Part shown: in pieces, positions 1 to 10,162 of the stretch | Layout of the letters: the number at the start of each line of letters is the position of its first letter | Numbering within the stretch: position 1 is the first letter of the stretch | NCBI GenBank assembly: GCA_002399785.1 | Contig: DHEH01000002.1 | Location: forward strand, 97,265-161,264 | From: Bacillales bacterium UBA4855 | GTDB lineage: Bacteria; Bacillota_I; Bacilli_A; RFN20; CAG-826 | DNA length: 64,000 nucleotides | Direction: 5' to 3' | Made by a program: the position numbers and the translations under genes | The notes under the pieces: generated by a model | What the model saw: only the letters and a program-made list of their open reading frames with translations | Databases searched by the model: none | What the model was told of the DNA's origin: nothing

Positions 1-7
1 TAACACC

Positions 8-349
8 TTAAAATATATATTGTTTGTTTTTTTCAAAATAATCCATAGAAGAAATTGCTTTACTAGAATCTTCAAGCGCCTTTATTGAAATCTTTAAATC
101 AGTAGATAAGTACCCAATCTGAAACCCCATAATAGATTCTCTTAAAAAATTACTTAAAACCAAAGTAAAAGCACCACTATCGGTTCTTAGATAATTTATT
201 GGCATATCAGAACAAGTAATTATTGTTTTATTTGTTTCTTCCTTTTTGTAGATTCCTTCTTTGTTTAATGTGATTTTTTCATCTGCAACCTCTTCAAGTG
301 CTCCATACATAAATTTTAATTTACTTGATTTTGCATTTGTTTTGTCCAA
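8..349 (-). CDS. hypothetical protein (113 aa), possibly 5'-truncated by the adjacent IS
   Basis: ORF track; no motif recognised. The only start is TTG, and the frame stays open up to 379, inside the putative IS terminal repeat. Confidence 0.3.
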   Translation of the reverse strand: MDKTNAKSSKLKFMYGALEEVADEKITLNKEGIYKKEETNKTIITCSDMPINYLRTDSGAFTLVLSNFLRESIMGFQIGYLSTDLKISIKALEDSSKAISSMDYFEKNKQYIF

Positions 350-357
350 AGAATATC

Positions 358-1820
358 GATAGGTGACAAATCCATTGCATTAAAATCAAAATAAATGGCT
401 ATTAGTATATTTTTTGCTGAATATTTGCGTTAACATTGACAAAGTTTGACAAATTTAATCAAATAACACATAATTTTTTTAACACAAAAGATCGATGCAT
501 TAGAATTTGTCAATTCCAGTGCAATTATTATTTACTCATTATTATGGAGTCTTTCTTGTGTTTCTTCTTAGGTTGAATTATTGGCTTTAATTTAACCTTT
601 TTGTTTGGAATTCTTTTTATATTGATTAAATCTAAAAACTTTTTTCCAAACTTATTTTTTATTAAATCGTATGGGCATTGGTTGTTTTGAGATTCACGTA
701 CATATGAATTGATATTTGAATACATTTTATCAATTTGTTCTTGGGTAATATCATTTAATGACTTTCCTTTAGGGCAAAAATATCGAACCAATCTACGATC
801 GGATTCGCATTCCGCTTTATCACTTGAATTATATGGCCTAGTAAAAAAAGATTTACATTTTATAAGACCGTCACAATCATATTCAATGTTATAAAAAGTA
901 GTGAATTCTGACCCGTTATCAGCAATATTGATAGCGAAAATTTTGTAGAATAATTCGTCCCCAATTTTCTTTTTTATATTTCTTATAGCGTTATCAACTG
1001 ACCTCGGATCGCCTTTTTCAATTAATATTCCAAATTGGAAACCATATTTTTTAAAAGTTTTGGTTAGAATAGACTTCTTATCATTAATTTTTCCAATTAC
1101 TGAATCGAATTGCATAATATTTTTAGACTTATTATGTTCGATATAGTCGATATAATCTGAATAAGTTCTATTAACATAGGCCCTAACATCTTTTTTACAA
1201 TATATTTCTTTTGGTTTTATATATTCGTGTTTATAAACAACATATCTTCTTAACATATGAGCTTTTGTCTTAAGTTCTCCACGATAAATTATTCTTCTTA
1301 TTGTTCGTTCTGAACACATAGATTGAAGCAGTTTTGAACCAACATAAATATGATGCAATGATTGACCATTAGATACGACACCTTCATAAATAATTTGGTC
1401 GATATAATCTAAATCGTTTCTAGACAAATGTGTGTGCATTCTTGATCGAGAAACATTTATAGAATAATCATCAGCTTTTTCAAAATTATAGAATATCTTT
1501 TCTTGTCCACAATATGATTTTTTAGGACACAAATTGCAAATATAAAATTTATTTTTAAAGTCGCATCTAATTTAAGCGCCAGCAATAATTTCAATATGCC
1601 TTTGTAATTCTCTATAAATTGTTGAAGGATTGCATTTTAAGAATTGTGATATTTGTTTAACTTTATATCCAAGTTCTAAATAAGCTTGAATTTTTAGTCT
1701 TTTATCTCTATTCATCCTTGTATATTTCATTTTTTACCTCCTATTTTTTTAAATACAAGGAAGACTATTATTAATTTTACTCTAATTGCATAAACTATTG
1801 CGTTAACTTTGTCATTTATC
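358..1820 (-). mobile_element. IS30-family insertion sequence (boundaries approximate)
   Basis: Encloses the transposase. Imperfect terminal inverted repeats: GATAGGTGACAAA (358-370) versus the reverse complement of TTTGTCATTTATC (1808-1820) = GATAAATGACAAA (11/13). Extra TGACAAA copies at 437-443 and 447-453. No clear target-site duplication. Confidence 0.4.
528..1730 (-). pseudogene. IS30-family DDE transposase interrupted by an in-frame TAA (codon 53, 1572-1574)
   Basis: N-terminal HTH segment MKYTRMNRDKRLKIQAYLELGYKVKQISQFLKCNPSTIYRELQRH (ATG 1730, GGAGG RBS 1737-1741) runs in the same frame into the 334-aa ORF. IS30-like catalytic motifs ADNGSEF and RPYNSSDKAECESDRRLVRYFCPKG. Confidence 0.75.
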
Positions 1821-1856
1821 AAAATAACTCCAAAATCAACCAATTTCAATAAAATA

Positions 1857-1885
1857 TTTATAAATAAATATTATTATGATAGAAT
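1857..1885 (+). promoter_or_regulatory. candidate typA promoter (extended -10)
   Basis: TTTATA (1857-1862), 17-nt spacer including TG at 1877-1878, TAGAAT at 1880-1885; about 35 nt upstream of the GGGAGG RBS. Confidence 0.3.
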
Positions 1886-1919
1886 ATAAACCGCTTTTTA
1901 ATAAAGGGAGGTACCACTT

Positions 1920-3746
1920 ATGAATATTAGAAACGTTGCAATTATAGCCCACGTCGATCACGGAAAGACCACTTTAGTCAATGAATTACTTAAGTGCAGT
2001 GGTACTTTTAGAGAAAACGAAAATACTTCAAACTTATCAATGGACAGTGATCCAATCGAAAGAGAAAGAGGAATCACTATTTTAGCTAAAACCACCAGTG
2101 TCATGTATGAAAATTGTAAAATTAATATTCTTGATACTCCAGGGCACGCTGACTTCGGAGGAGAAGTCGAGCGTATTATGCACATGGTTGACGGCTGTTT
2201 GCTTTTAGTTGATGCTTTTGAAGGCACCATGCCACAAACAAGATTTGTTTTAAAGAAAGCCATTCAAGCTCATGTAAAACCAATCGTTATTATAAATAAG
2301 GTTGATAGAGCAAATGCAAATCCAGCTAAGGCTGTTGATGAAGTTTTACAATTATTTATGGAACTTGGCGCTACCGATGATATGCTCGATTTTAAAGTTG
2401 CTTACACAAGTGCACTTAACGGAACAAGTTCATTAGATCCATCTCCAAGCAGTCAAAAACCTGGAATGAGTTGTATATTTGATTTGATTCTTAAAGAAAT
2501 TCCTGAACCACAAGTTACAGTTGATGGCCCTCTTCAAATTCAAGATGCTTTACTTGATTACAACGATTATGTCGGAAGAATGGGTGTTGGACGTGTTCAA
2601 AGAGGAACAATTCATTTAAATGATATCGTCACTTGCGCTCGTTTAGATGGCACTCAAAAACAATTCAAAATTTTAAAATTAATGGGTTATAGAGGATTCT
2701 CTAGAGTTGAAATTAAAGAATGTTCAGCTGGAGATATTTGTGCTTTTGCTGGTTTAACTGATCTTAATGTTGGAGAAACTATTTGTGATCCAACCTGTGT
2801 TGAACCTTTACCAAAACTTCATATTGATGAACCAACTTTACAAATGACTTTCGGTGTTAACTCTTCTCCATTTAGTGGAAAAGATGGCAAATTATTAACT
2901 GCTCGTCAAATTGATGATAGATTATCAAAAGAAGTCCAGAGAGATGTTTCTCTTCGTGTTTCTAGAGTTCCTAACACAGAAACTTGGGTTGTTTCAGGAA
3001 GAGGCGAATTGCACCTTGGAATCTTAATTGAAAATATGAGACGTGAAGGATTCGAACTTGAAGTTTCTCGTCCAAAAGTCATTATAAAAGAAATTGATGG
3101 TGTTAGATGTGAACCATTTGAAGATTTAAGTATAGAAATACCAAACGATTTTGTTGGAGATATTATGACTACTTTAGGTAGTCGTGATGCCCAATTAATC
3201 GATATGGACGCTAACGATGTAAATACAAAAATAAATTACGTTATTCCATCACGTGGATTAATTGGATTTGTTTCAAATTTCTTAACATTAACTAAAGGTT
3301 ACGGAATTATCGCTCACACTTTTAAAGATTTTAGACCAGTTTCATCTGCTGCTAAAATTGGCGAAAGACAAATTGGTGTTCTTGTTTCAACTGATACTGG
3401 ACCAGCCACTCCTTATGCTATGGAGCACGTTGAAGAAAGAGGTGTTATGTTTATTCATCCAACTGATCCGATTTACGAAGGTATGATTGTTGGAGAAAAT
3501 AAATATGATACAGACTTAGCTGTTAACGTCTGTCATACTAAGAACTTAACTAATCAACGTAGTGCTAATAAGAATCAAACAGTCGTCTTAAAAACACCTC
3601 GTAAACTCACTCTTGAAGCTTGCTTAGATTACATTAACTCCGATGAATTAGTTGAAATTACTCCAAACTATTTCCGTATGAGAAAAAGAATTCTTGGACT
3701 TGCTGATCGTAAGAAATACGAAGCAAAATTCAAAAAAGAATTATAA
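1920..3746 (+). CDS. typA: translational GTPase TypA/BipA
   Basis: 608 aa; AIIAHVDHGKTTL G1 motif, DTPGHADF G3, NKVD G4; EF-G-like domain order. Confidence 0.95.
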   Translation: MNIRNVAIIAHVDHGKTTLVNELLKCSGTFRENENTSNLSMDSDPIERERGITILAKTTSVMYENCKINILDTPGHADFGGEVERIMHMVDGCLLLVDAFEGTMPQTRFVLKKAIQAHVKPIVIINKVDRANANPAKAVDEVLQLFMELGATDDMLDFKVAYTSALNGTSSLDPSPSSQKPGMSCIFDLILKEIPEPQVTVDGPLQIQDALLDYNDYVGRMGVGRVQRGTIHLNDIVTCARLDGTQKQFKILKLMGYRGFSRVEIKECSAGDICAFAGLTDLNVGETICDPTCVEPLPKLHIDEPTLQMTFGVNSSPFSGKDGKLLTARQIDDRLSKEVQRDVSLRVSRVPNTETWVVSGRGELHLGILIENMRREGFELEVSRPKVIIKEIDGVRCEPFEDLSIEIPNDFVGDIMTTLGSRDAQLIDMDANDVNTKINYVIPSRGLIGFVSNFLTLTKGYGIIAHTFKDFRPVSSAAKIGERQIGVLVSTDTGPATPYAMEHVEERGVMFIHPTDPIYEGMIVGENKYDTDLAVNVCHTKNLTNQRSANKNQTVVLKTPRKLTLEACLDYINSDELVEITPNYFRMRKRILGLADRKKYEAKFKKEL

Positions 3747-3758
3747 TCAATTATTTCA

Positions 3759-3786
3759 AAAACCACTGCCAATCGGCAGTGGTTTT
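3759..3786. terminator. bidirectional rho-independent terminator between convergent typA and the ABC permease
   Basis: Perfect 12-bp stem AAAACCACTGCC / GGCAGTGGTTTT with loop AATC, flanked by A and T runs. Confidence 0.7.
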
Positions 3787-3789
3787 AAT

Positions 3790-6558
3790 TTATTCGATAC
3801 TTTTTAAGCTATCAGCCATATCAATTTTATCTATTCGATAAGAAATCAATATATTGACTGAAAATGCAGTAAAGAAGCTTATTATAAATGCATAAATATA
3901 AGATGGCCAACCAACAAAATAAGTCCAACTCACGAGCGGAGTTGTGTTGGTTCCAAGAACCAATATTTCAAGAGGCAAGCCTAAGAACATTCCTAATATT
4001 GCACCAACAGCTGTCAAAATCATAACTTCGTAAACAAGTGATTTAGCAATTTCAAATCTAGAGAAACCTAAAACTCTTAATGTAGCAATATCTCTTCTTC
4101 TTTCTTCAAAATTTAAAATTGCAAGATTAATTAAAACTACCACCGCTAACATTATCGCAAAAACCAAAATTGTATTCGTCATTGAACGAACATTTGACAT
4201 ATAAGATTCAATCATTTCTTGATTATCCGCATATGTTTTTGAATAATTAACACCATTTAAAGCATTGACCTTTTCTTTTAATTCTTCAGGAGAATACCCT
4301 TCTTTAATATCGGCCCAAGCATTTGTTCGAGTAGTAAATAAATCTGGCATTGTTTCAGTATATATAAATAATCCATGGCAAGCAAAAGCATAAAATACTT
4401 TTGAAATTTTAATTTTTTGCGACTCACCTCCAACACTAAAACTAACTTCATCGCCTTCTTTTAAACCTAAATCGTTAGCTTGTGCCTCTGACATTCCGAT
4501 ACCGGTTTTATCCCAAACTCCACCTTCTAAAGAATCGTCAAATCTAAAATTTCTAGCATCAGAGTCAAAATAATAAATTGACATTTCCGATGTTTTTGTG
4601 CCTGTTTCTCCAGAATAAATAACATTAGTTTGAGAAATAGTAAATTCATCAACTCTATCCATTCCATCGATTTTTAATAAATCATCTTTAACAGTTCCTA
4701 TCTCTTGATTGGACGAATAAGCAATTACAAGATCAGCACTGTAAACGCCATATAAATCATTATCTTTTCCTTTATTTATGGTGTCATTTATTCCAAATCC
4801 ACAAATTGATAATCCAGTACATCCCATGACACCAAGAATAACCATTATTGATTTTGCTTTATGAACTTTAATATTTCTTAAAGCCATCATTAATGAAGTG
4901 TGTTTAACTTCGTTATTAACTTGTTTAAATTTAAGAGCAGGAGCAGCTGGTCTCATCGATTTTGCTGGAACATAACTCAATTCTCTTCTAATTACCGAAT
5001 AAGTCAATAATGAAATCAAAACCACGACTCCAAGTAGCATTGCTCCTGATGCCATCCATGGAAAACTATATCCCATTGCAGGTAATTCGTATAAAATATT
5101 GTACTTAATATTCATTACTGCAGGTAAAATAAGCGGCCCACAAATTGCGCCAAGTATGACTCCGATTATTCCAATTACAGTCATAAACGAAACATAATAA
5201 ACAAGTATTTTTGTTTTTGAAATACCTAAAGCCTTCATTGTGCCTATTTGTAATCTTTGCTTCAACATCATTTGTGTGATTGTTGTCAAAACTACTAAAA
5301 TAGCAACAGCGAAGAAAATAAGTGGAAAACAATATGTCAATTGCTCACTTTGAATAATGTCGTTTTGAATAACGGCATTCGATGGATAATTCTTTTTACT
5401 CAAACAAGCCATCAATTTATCCGAATTATTTATAGCAAAATAGTTTTCAATTTCTGAAATGACCGAATCAGTTCTATTATCATTAGCAAGCTTAATAATA
5501 TATTGATTGAATATATTTTTTACACCCGTTGTTAAGTCATTTTCTTCTTTTGATTCAAGAATATCTTTTTTAATCAATTCTGAACCAGCAGAAATTATAA
5601 AATCAAACGAGTCTTTATTAGCAGTTATATAAGCTAATATTGTGGTTTTTAAAGTTCCATCAGGTAAAGAATTAGCTAGATTCAAGACATCTTCATAAGT
5701 TATTTGGGAAGATATTAAACTAATTACAGAATTAACAAAAGTTCTTGTTCCCATCATATAATAAGGAGGATTAAAAGTAGTATTTTGAATATTTTCTGGA
5801 TGACGCATTATTCCATTTACCGCAATATTAAATGTAGTATTGCTATTACTGAATGCATCATCGATATTTTTGTCAATCAATTTATAAAATTCATCTTTAT
5901 TATTTTTAATAAATTCCAAAATTTGATCAGCTTGTTCACGTGTTAACTTGTGCTCTTCATAATGATAATTTATGTAAAGTTGAGCATAAGCAACAAGGCT
6001 GTTGTAATCTTTTAATAAAGATTTAGCAACTTGTTTTACAGCAGTTGAATCAAAAGATACAGGAAGAGTAGTTCCTAATTCAAATTGATCGTATGATTTT
6101 AAAGTGTAACTTTCGATTGTGTTACGATCAACAAAGAAGAAGTCCTCGTTTATATAGGTATCATCTTCTTTATATTCGGCGTCATATTCTTTATTCAATG
6201 TTGGCCTATCATACGAAATAAGACCATAACTAGAAATGCTCCCAATATTTGATGGAATTAGCAATCTTTTTTCAACAACGCTTCCTTCACCAGCCATTTC
6301 ATTAATTTTAGTCGTTTCAGTTGAAATATTAGCAGCGGTATCTAACTCAAGGTTCATTGTAACCCAAATATCAGCTAAATTTCCGTTTTTACTTGAATAA
6401 ACTTCGTCAACTCTACGAGAAAATTCAATAGAATTGGAACTTAAACCAGTAAATAACGTTACTGAAATTCCAATTATAAAAACAATAGCAATTAATTGCA
6501 TTAAATTGCGTTTTAGCTCTCTTTTTAAACTTTTAAAAAGTGTTTTAAATAATCTCAT
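3790..6558 (-). CDS. ABC transporter permease, MacB/FtsX-type with two FtsX modules and a large extracytoplasmic domain
   Basis: 922 aa. N-terminal TM, long soluble region and 4-TM blocks repeated twice. Its start abuts the stop of the upstream ATPase. Confidence 0.8.
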   Translation of the reverse strand: MRLFKTLFKSLKRELKRNLMQLIAIVFIIGISVTLFTGLSSNSIEFSRRVDEVYSSKNGNLADIWVTMNLELDTAANISTETTKINEMAGEGSVVEKRLLIPSNIGSISSYGLISYDRPTLNKEYDAEYKEDDTYINEDFFFVDRNTIESYTLKSYDQFELGTTLPVSFDSTAVKQVAKSLLKDYNSLVAYAQLYINYHYEEHKLTREQADQILEFIKNNKDEFYKLIDKNIDDAFSNSNTTFNIAVNGIMRHPENIQNTTFNPPYYMMGTRTFVNSVISLISSQITYEDVLNLANSLPDGTLKTTILAYITANKDSFDFIISAGSELIKKDILESKEENDLTTGVKNIFNQYIIKLANDNRTDSVISEIENYFAINNSDKLMACLSKKNYPSNAVIQNDIIQSEQLTYCFPLIFFAVAILVVLTTITQMMLKQRLQIGTMKALGISKTKILVYYVSFMTVIGIIGVILGAICGPLILPAVMNIKYNILYELPAMGYSFPWMASGAMLLGVVVLISLLTYSVIRRELSYVPAKSMRPAAPALKFKQVNNEVKHTSLMMALRNIKVHKAKSIMVILGVMGCTGLSICGFGINDTINKGKDNDLYGVYSADLVIAYSSNQEIGTVKDDLLKIDGMDRVDEFTISQTNVIYSGETGTKTSEMSIYYFDSDARNFRFDDSLEGGVWDKTGIGMSEAQANDLGLKEGDEVSFSVGGESQKIKISKVFYAFACHGLFIYTETMPDLFTTRTNAWADIKEGYSPEELKEKVNALNGVNYSKTYADNQEMIESYMSNVRSMTNTILVFAIMLAVVVLINLAILNFEERRRDIATLRVLGFSRFEIAKSLVYEVMILTAVGAILGMFLGLPLEILVLGTNTTPLVSWTYFVGWPSYIYAFIISFFTAFSVNILISYRIDKIDMADSLKSIE

Positions 6559-7392
6559 TTACCACTCAATCTCCTTGGCGGTTTTAGGATTTTTAATAAT
6601 TTCATTAGAAACAATTTTTCCGTCATTAACTTTTATGATGCGATCAGCGATTACACTTAATGCCTTGTTATGAGTAACAATAATGACTGTTTTATTTTGT
6701 TCACGACTTACTTGCCGTAATAAATCCATGATTGAAGCACCGGTTTTACTATCAAGAGCGCCAGTTGGCTCATCACATAACAATATTGTTGGATTTTTAA
6801 CTAAGGCACGAGCAATAGCAACTCTTTGTTGCTCACCTCCACTTAACTGACTTGGAAAATTTTTCTCTCTTCCAGAAAGGCCAACAAGAGTAAGAATTTC
6901 ATGCGAATCGAAGTGTTTATCAACTAAACTTGAAGCTAAATAAACATTTTCATAAGCATTTAAAGAAGGCATTAAATTATAAAATTGGAAAACAAAACCA
7001 ATATCAAATCTTCTGAATTTTGCTAATTCTTTTTCGCTCATCATCGTAACATCTTTGCCATTTAGAATAAACGTTCCATAAGTAGCTCTATCCATTCCAC
7101 CTAATATATTAAGTAAAGTAGATTTACCTGCTCCGCTTGGTCCTAAAATAACAACTAATTCACCTTTATTAATTTCAAAACATGCATCTTTTAAGGCAAT
7201 AATTTCAGCTTCGTTTCTTTTTTTATTACCATAAATTTTGGTAAGTCCCTTAACAATGATTTGCGCTTGAGAAGGAATGTTGTCGCCATCCTTTTCTGAG
7301 GTTAATGAAAGAGTATTAAAAGCAATATCCTTTGCCAATCCCTCTTCTTTTTCTTTAATTTCATTATTTCCAAGATTTTTTTCTTCTTCCAT
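6559..7392 (-). CDS. ABC transporter ATP-binding protein (MacB/LolD-like)
   Basis: Walker A GPSGAGKST, signature LSGGEQQRVAIARAL, Walker B LLCDEPTGALD; about 45-aa acidic N-terminal extension. Confidence 0.9.
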   Translation of the reverse strand: MEEEKNLGNNEIKEKEEGLAKDIAFNTLSLTSEKDGDNIPSQAQIIVKGLTKIYGNKKRNEAEIIALKDACFEINKGELVVILGPSGAGKSTLLNILGGMDRATYGTFILNGKDVTMMSEKELAKFRRFDIGFVFQFYNLMPSLNAYENVYLASSLVDKHFDSHEILTLVGLSGREKNFPSQLSGGEQQRVAIARALVKNPTILLCDEPTGALDSKTGASIMDLLRQVSREQNKTVIIVTHNKALSVIADRIIKVNDGKIVSNEIIKNPKTAKEIEW

Positions 7393-7410
7393 AACAACAA
7401 CTCCTCTCTC

Positions 7411-9006
7411 TTATAATAATGGCGCGAATAAACGAATAATGCTCCAATAAATTCTAACAATAACAGGCTTATTTAAATAAACTTCCGACTTAATTATTTT
7501 AGATTTTTTAATAATATAATCCATATCTTTTTTAACTTCTAATACAGATTTTGTATAATACAATTCAATTGCATCTTCAAAGTGAAGATACATACTTCTA
7601 AAATCAAAATTAATTGTTCCAACAGTAGCCACTACATCGTCGACAACCATCATTTTGGCATGATTAAAACCTGGAGTATATTCATATATCTTCACTCCGG
7701 AAGCTAGCAATCGACTATAGTAAGCTTTAGTTACTGAATAAACAAATTTTTTATCAGGAATTCCAGGCGTAACAATTCTTACATCAATTCCACTTTTAGC
7801 AGCTATATTTAATGCTTCTAATAATTCACTATCAGGCATCAAATAAGGCGTAGATAAATAAACATATTTCTTTGCTTTTAAAATCATGGATAAATAAACA
7901 TTTTTTGCTCCGTCTTCTCCATCAAAAGGTATTTCTCCAAAAGGTTGAACAAAACCATCTGGTTTAATATTTCGATCACAAAGTTCTTTGTTTTTTATAA
8001 AAGAATAATCCATAACATTTTCTTTATTTATATTCTTTTTATTACGAAATTGTGCATCCCAAGTTGATAAAAACAACGAAGTTAAGCCATTAACTCCTTC
8101 GCCCTTTAACATAATAAAATTATCTTTCCAATCACCAAAACGCTCAACCCTATTGATATACTCATCAGCTAAATTACATCCACCAGCAAATCCAGTAACA
8201 CCGTCAATCACGATTATTTTACGGTGATCCCTGCTATTTTGACGCACATCAACAAATGGTCTAATAACATTAAAAGCAAAACATTTAATCCCGTCTTTTA
8301 CAGCATCTTTTACAAATCGATAAGTCATTTTTTTTACACTGCCAAAATCGTCATAAATAATTCTTACATCGACACCTTGTTTTACTTTTTCTCTTAAAAT
8401 TAGGTAAATATTATCAAACATATATCCGTCTTCAATAATGAACGATTCAACAAAAATGAATCTCTTTGCCTTTTGAAGTTCTTCTAAAATGTGAGGATAT
8501 CCATCTTGTCCATAAGGATAATAAATTGTTTCTGTATTTTCATATAAAGATGCAATACAATTCTTATCTAAATAATTAGCAATAGGTGCTAATTCACGGT
8601 CAATAACAGCTAATTTTTTAAGTTCTTTTGTTGAATCAATTCTGGTAATAGCAAGACGATTATTCATTTTATCGTTTCGCTTTACTCTCATGCGCTTTGT
8701 TGTCATTTTGTTAGCAAATAAGATATACAAAATGATACCTACAATTGGAAGAGCGACAATAGTAAATAGCCACGTATTTTTAAAATCGTTTTGAGTTCTA
8801 CTATTAACTAAGAATAAGCAAACAACCAAATCTATCACATATATAACTACAATCGGTATATAAGAATAAGCTCTAAAAGATTCGTAAAGCACAAGAAGAT
8901 AAATAAAGCCAATAATCGCCAATAATTGTAGCAAAAAAAGTATTCCGAAAATATATAAACGGATATGAGAAACTCTTTTTCTTTTTGGACCAGTTCTCTT
9001 TTTCAT
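7411..9006 (-). CDS. cls: cardiolipin synthase
   Basis: 531 aa; N-terminal TM helices; two PLD HKD motifs (HRKIIVIDG and HAKMMVVDD). Confidence 0.9.
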   Translation of the reverse strand: MKKRTGPKRKRVSHIRLYIFGILFLLQLLAIIGFIYLLVLYESFRAYSYIPIVVIYVIDLVVCLFLVNSRTQNDFKNTWLFTIVALPIVGIILYILFANKMTTKRMRVKRNDKMNNRLAITRIDSTKELKKLAVIDRELAPIANYLDKNCIASLYENTETIYYPYGQDGYPHILEELQKAKRFIFVESFIIEDGYMFDNIYLILREKVKQGVDVRIIYDDFGSVKKMTYRFVKDAVKDGIKCFAFNVIRPFVDVRQNSRDHRKIIVIDGVTGFAGGCNLADEYINRVERFGDWKDNFIMLKGEGVNGLTSLFLSTWDAQFRNKKNINKENVMDYSFIKNKELCDRNIKPDGFVQPFGEIPFDGEDGAKNVYLSMILKAKKYVYLSTPYLMPDSELLEALNIAAKSGIDVRIVTPGIPDKKFVYSVTKAYYSRLLASGVKIYEYTPGFNHAKMMVVDDVVATVGTINFDFRSMYLHFEDAIELYYTKSVLEVKKDMDYIIKKSKIIKSEVYLNKPVIVRIYWSIIRLFAPLL

Positions 9007-9037
9007 ATTGCCTATATGTATTTTATCAATACATATA

Positions 9038-9682
9038 CTATTTTTCTACAAAGTCGATGATTTCTTCAAAACTATTAACTAAAGGAACGTTAGCTTTGCT
9101 TAAAACTTGAACACTATTATGTCCTTTTGTAAATAAAATGCAATGCATTCCTAATTCATTTGCAACTTCATAATCGTGATAGGTATCTCCTATCATCAAA
9201 CATTCGGAAGATTTTATGAATTTTTTATGAATAAATTCTTTTCCGTAACCGATTTTTCCAGAAGCTTTAAGATCGCTGCAACCTACTAAATCAGTAAAAT
9301 AATCGTAAATACCCAACATTTTTGTTTGATCAATCAATAAATTAATTTCGCTTGCTGATAAAATATACAAACCAAAACCATCTTCTTTTAATTTCTTTAA
9401 ACTTGAAATAACAGAAGGATATAGTTTTGTTTCCTTTTCAAATTGTCTTAAATATTCACTAAAAAACATTTCACAAATGTCTGAATAATCGATTTTATTA
9501 AAATCAAAACCAGCAAATTCATAATAATTTTTAACTGGAAAACAAAAATTATCTAAATATGTTTCTTTGCTTAATTTTTTGATGCCCCATTTAGCAAAAA
9601 TTGAATTTTCAATATTGTAACAAAGGTCCACATCATCTAAAAGTGTTCCATTAAAATCAAAAAATATGTATTTGTATTTCAT
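9038..9682 (-). CDS. HAD-superfamily hydrolase
   Basis: FFDFNGTLLDD motif I; GDTYHD motif IV near the C-terminus. Confidence 0.75.
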   Translation of the reverse strand: MKYKYIFFDFNGTLLDDVDLCYNIENSIFAKWGIKKLSKETYLDNFCFPVKNYYEFAGFDFNKIDYSDICEMFFSEYLRQFEKETKLYPSVISSLKKLKEDGFGLYILSASEINLLIDQTKMLGIYDYFTDLVGCSDLKASGKIGYGKEFIHKKFIKSSECLMIGDTYHDYEVANELGMHCILFTKGHNSVQVLSKANVPLVNSFEEIIDFVEK

Positions 9683-9690
9683 AAATTCTC

Positions 9691-10161
9691 CTACTTCAAA
9701 GCAAGACTTATACGAGCAATAATTTCTTGCTCTTTTTCAGCGTATTCTTTGTAATTTCCCCCGTAAAGCCCTATTCTTTTATCCAATTCTTCAGATTCTT
9801 TGAGGTCTCTAAATAGGATTTCCATCAAGGCAATTTCGTCATTTTTATTTGCCATATTTGAGTAAAACATATATATTTCAATTTCATCTAAAATAGCCTT
9901 TTTGATAATTAAAGATTTATTTAAATCACGACCTTTTATTTTGTCATAAACATTTATTAAATCTAATAATAAATTCTTAGTGCTTTTATATTTATTAACA
10001 ATTTCGTTCTTTGGTAGATTAAGTGTTTCTTTAGTTTTTAAAACTTTCTTGTTGCCTTCGTCAGTCACAACTTCAACAAAAAACTCTTTTGATGCTCCAC
10101 ACATTGGACAAACATCAGCATCTTCAAAAATTGTTCCACATACTTTGCACTTATATTTCAT
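9691..10161 (-). CDS. rubredoxin-like zinc-ribbon protein of unknown function
   Basis: CKVCG...CPMCG zinc ribbon at the N-terminus. I chose the internal Met (MKYKCKVCG), which avoids overlap with the upstream gene; the ORF-track start at 10191 is an alternative. Confidence 0.5.
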   Translation of the reverse strand: MKYKCKVCGTIFEDADVCPMCGASKEFFVEVVTDEGNKKVLKTKETLNLPKNEIVNKYKSTKNLLLDLINVYDKIKGRDLNKSLIIKKAILDEIEIYMFYSNMANKNDEIALMEILFRDLKESEELDKRIGLYGGNYKEYAEKEQEIIARISLALK

Positions 10162-10162
10162 T

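Noticed and set aside
9013-9037. 10-bp hairpin TATATGTATT/AATACATATA between the HAD gene and cls.
   Set aside because: The stem is A/T-only with no U-run, and such palindromes are expected by chance in AT-rich spacers.
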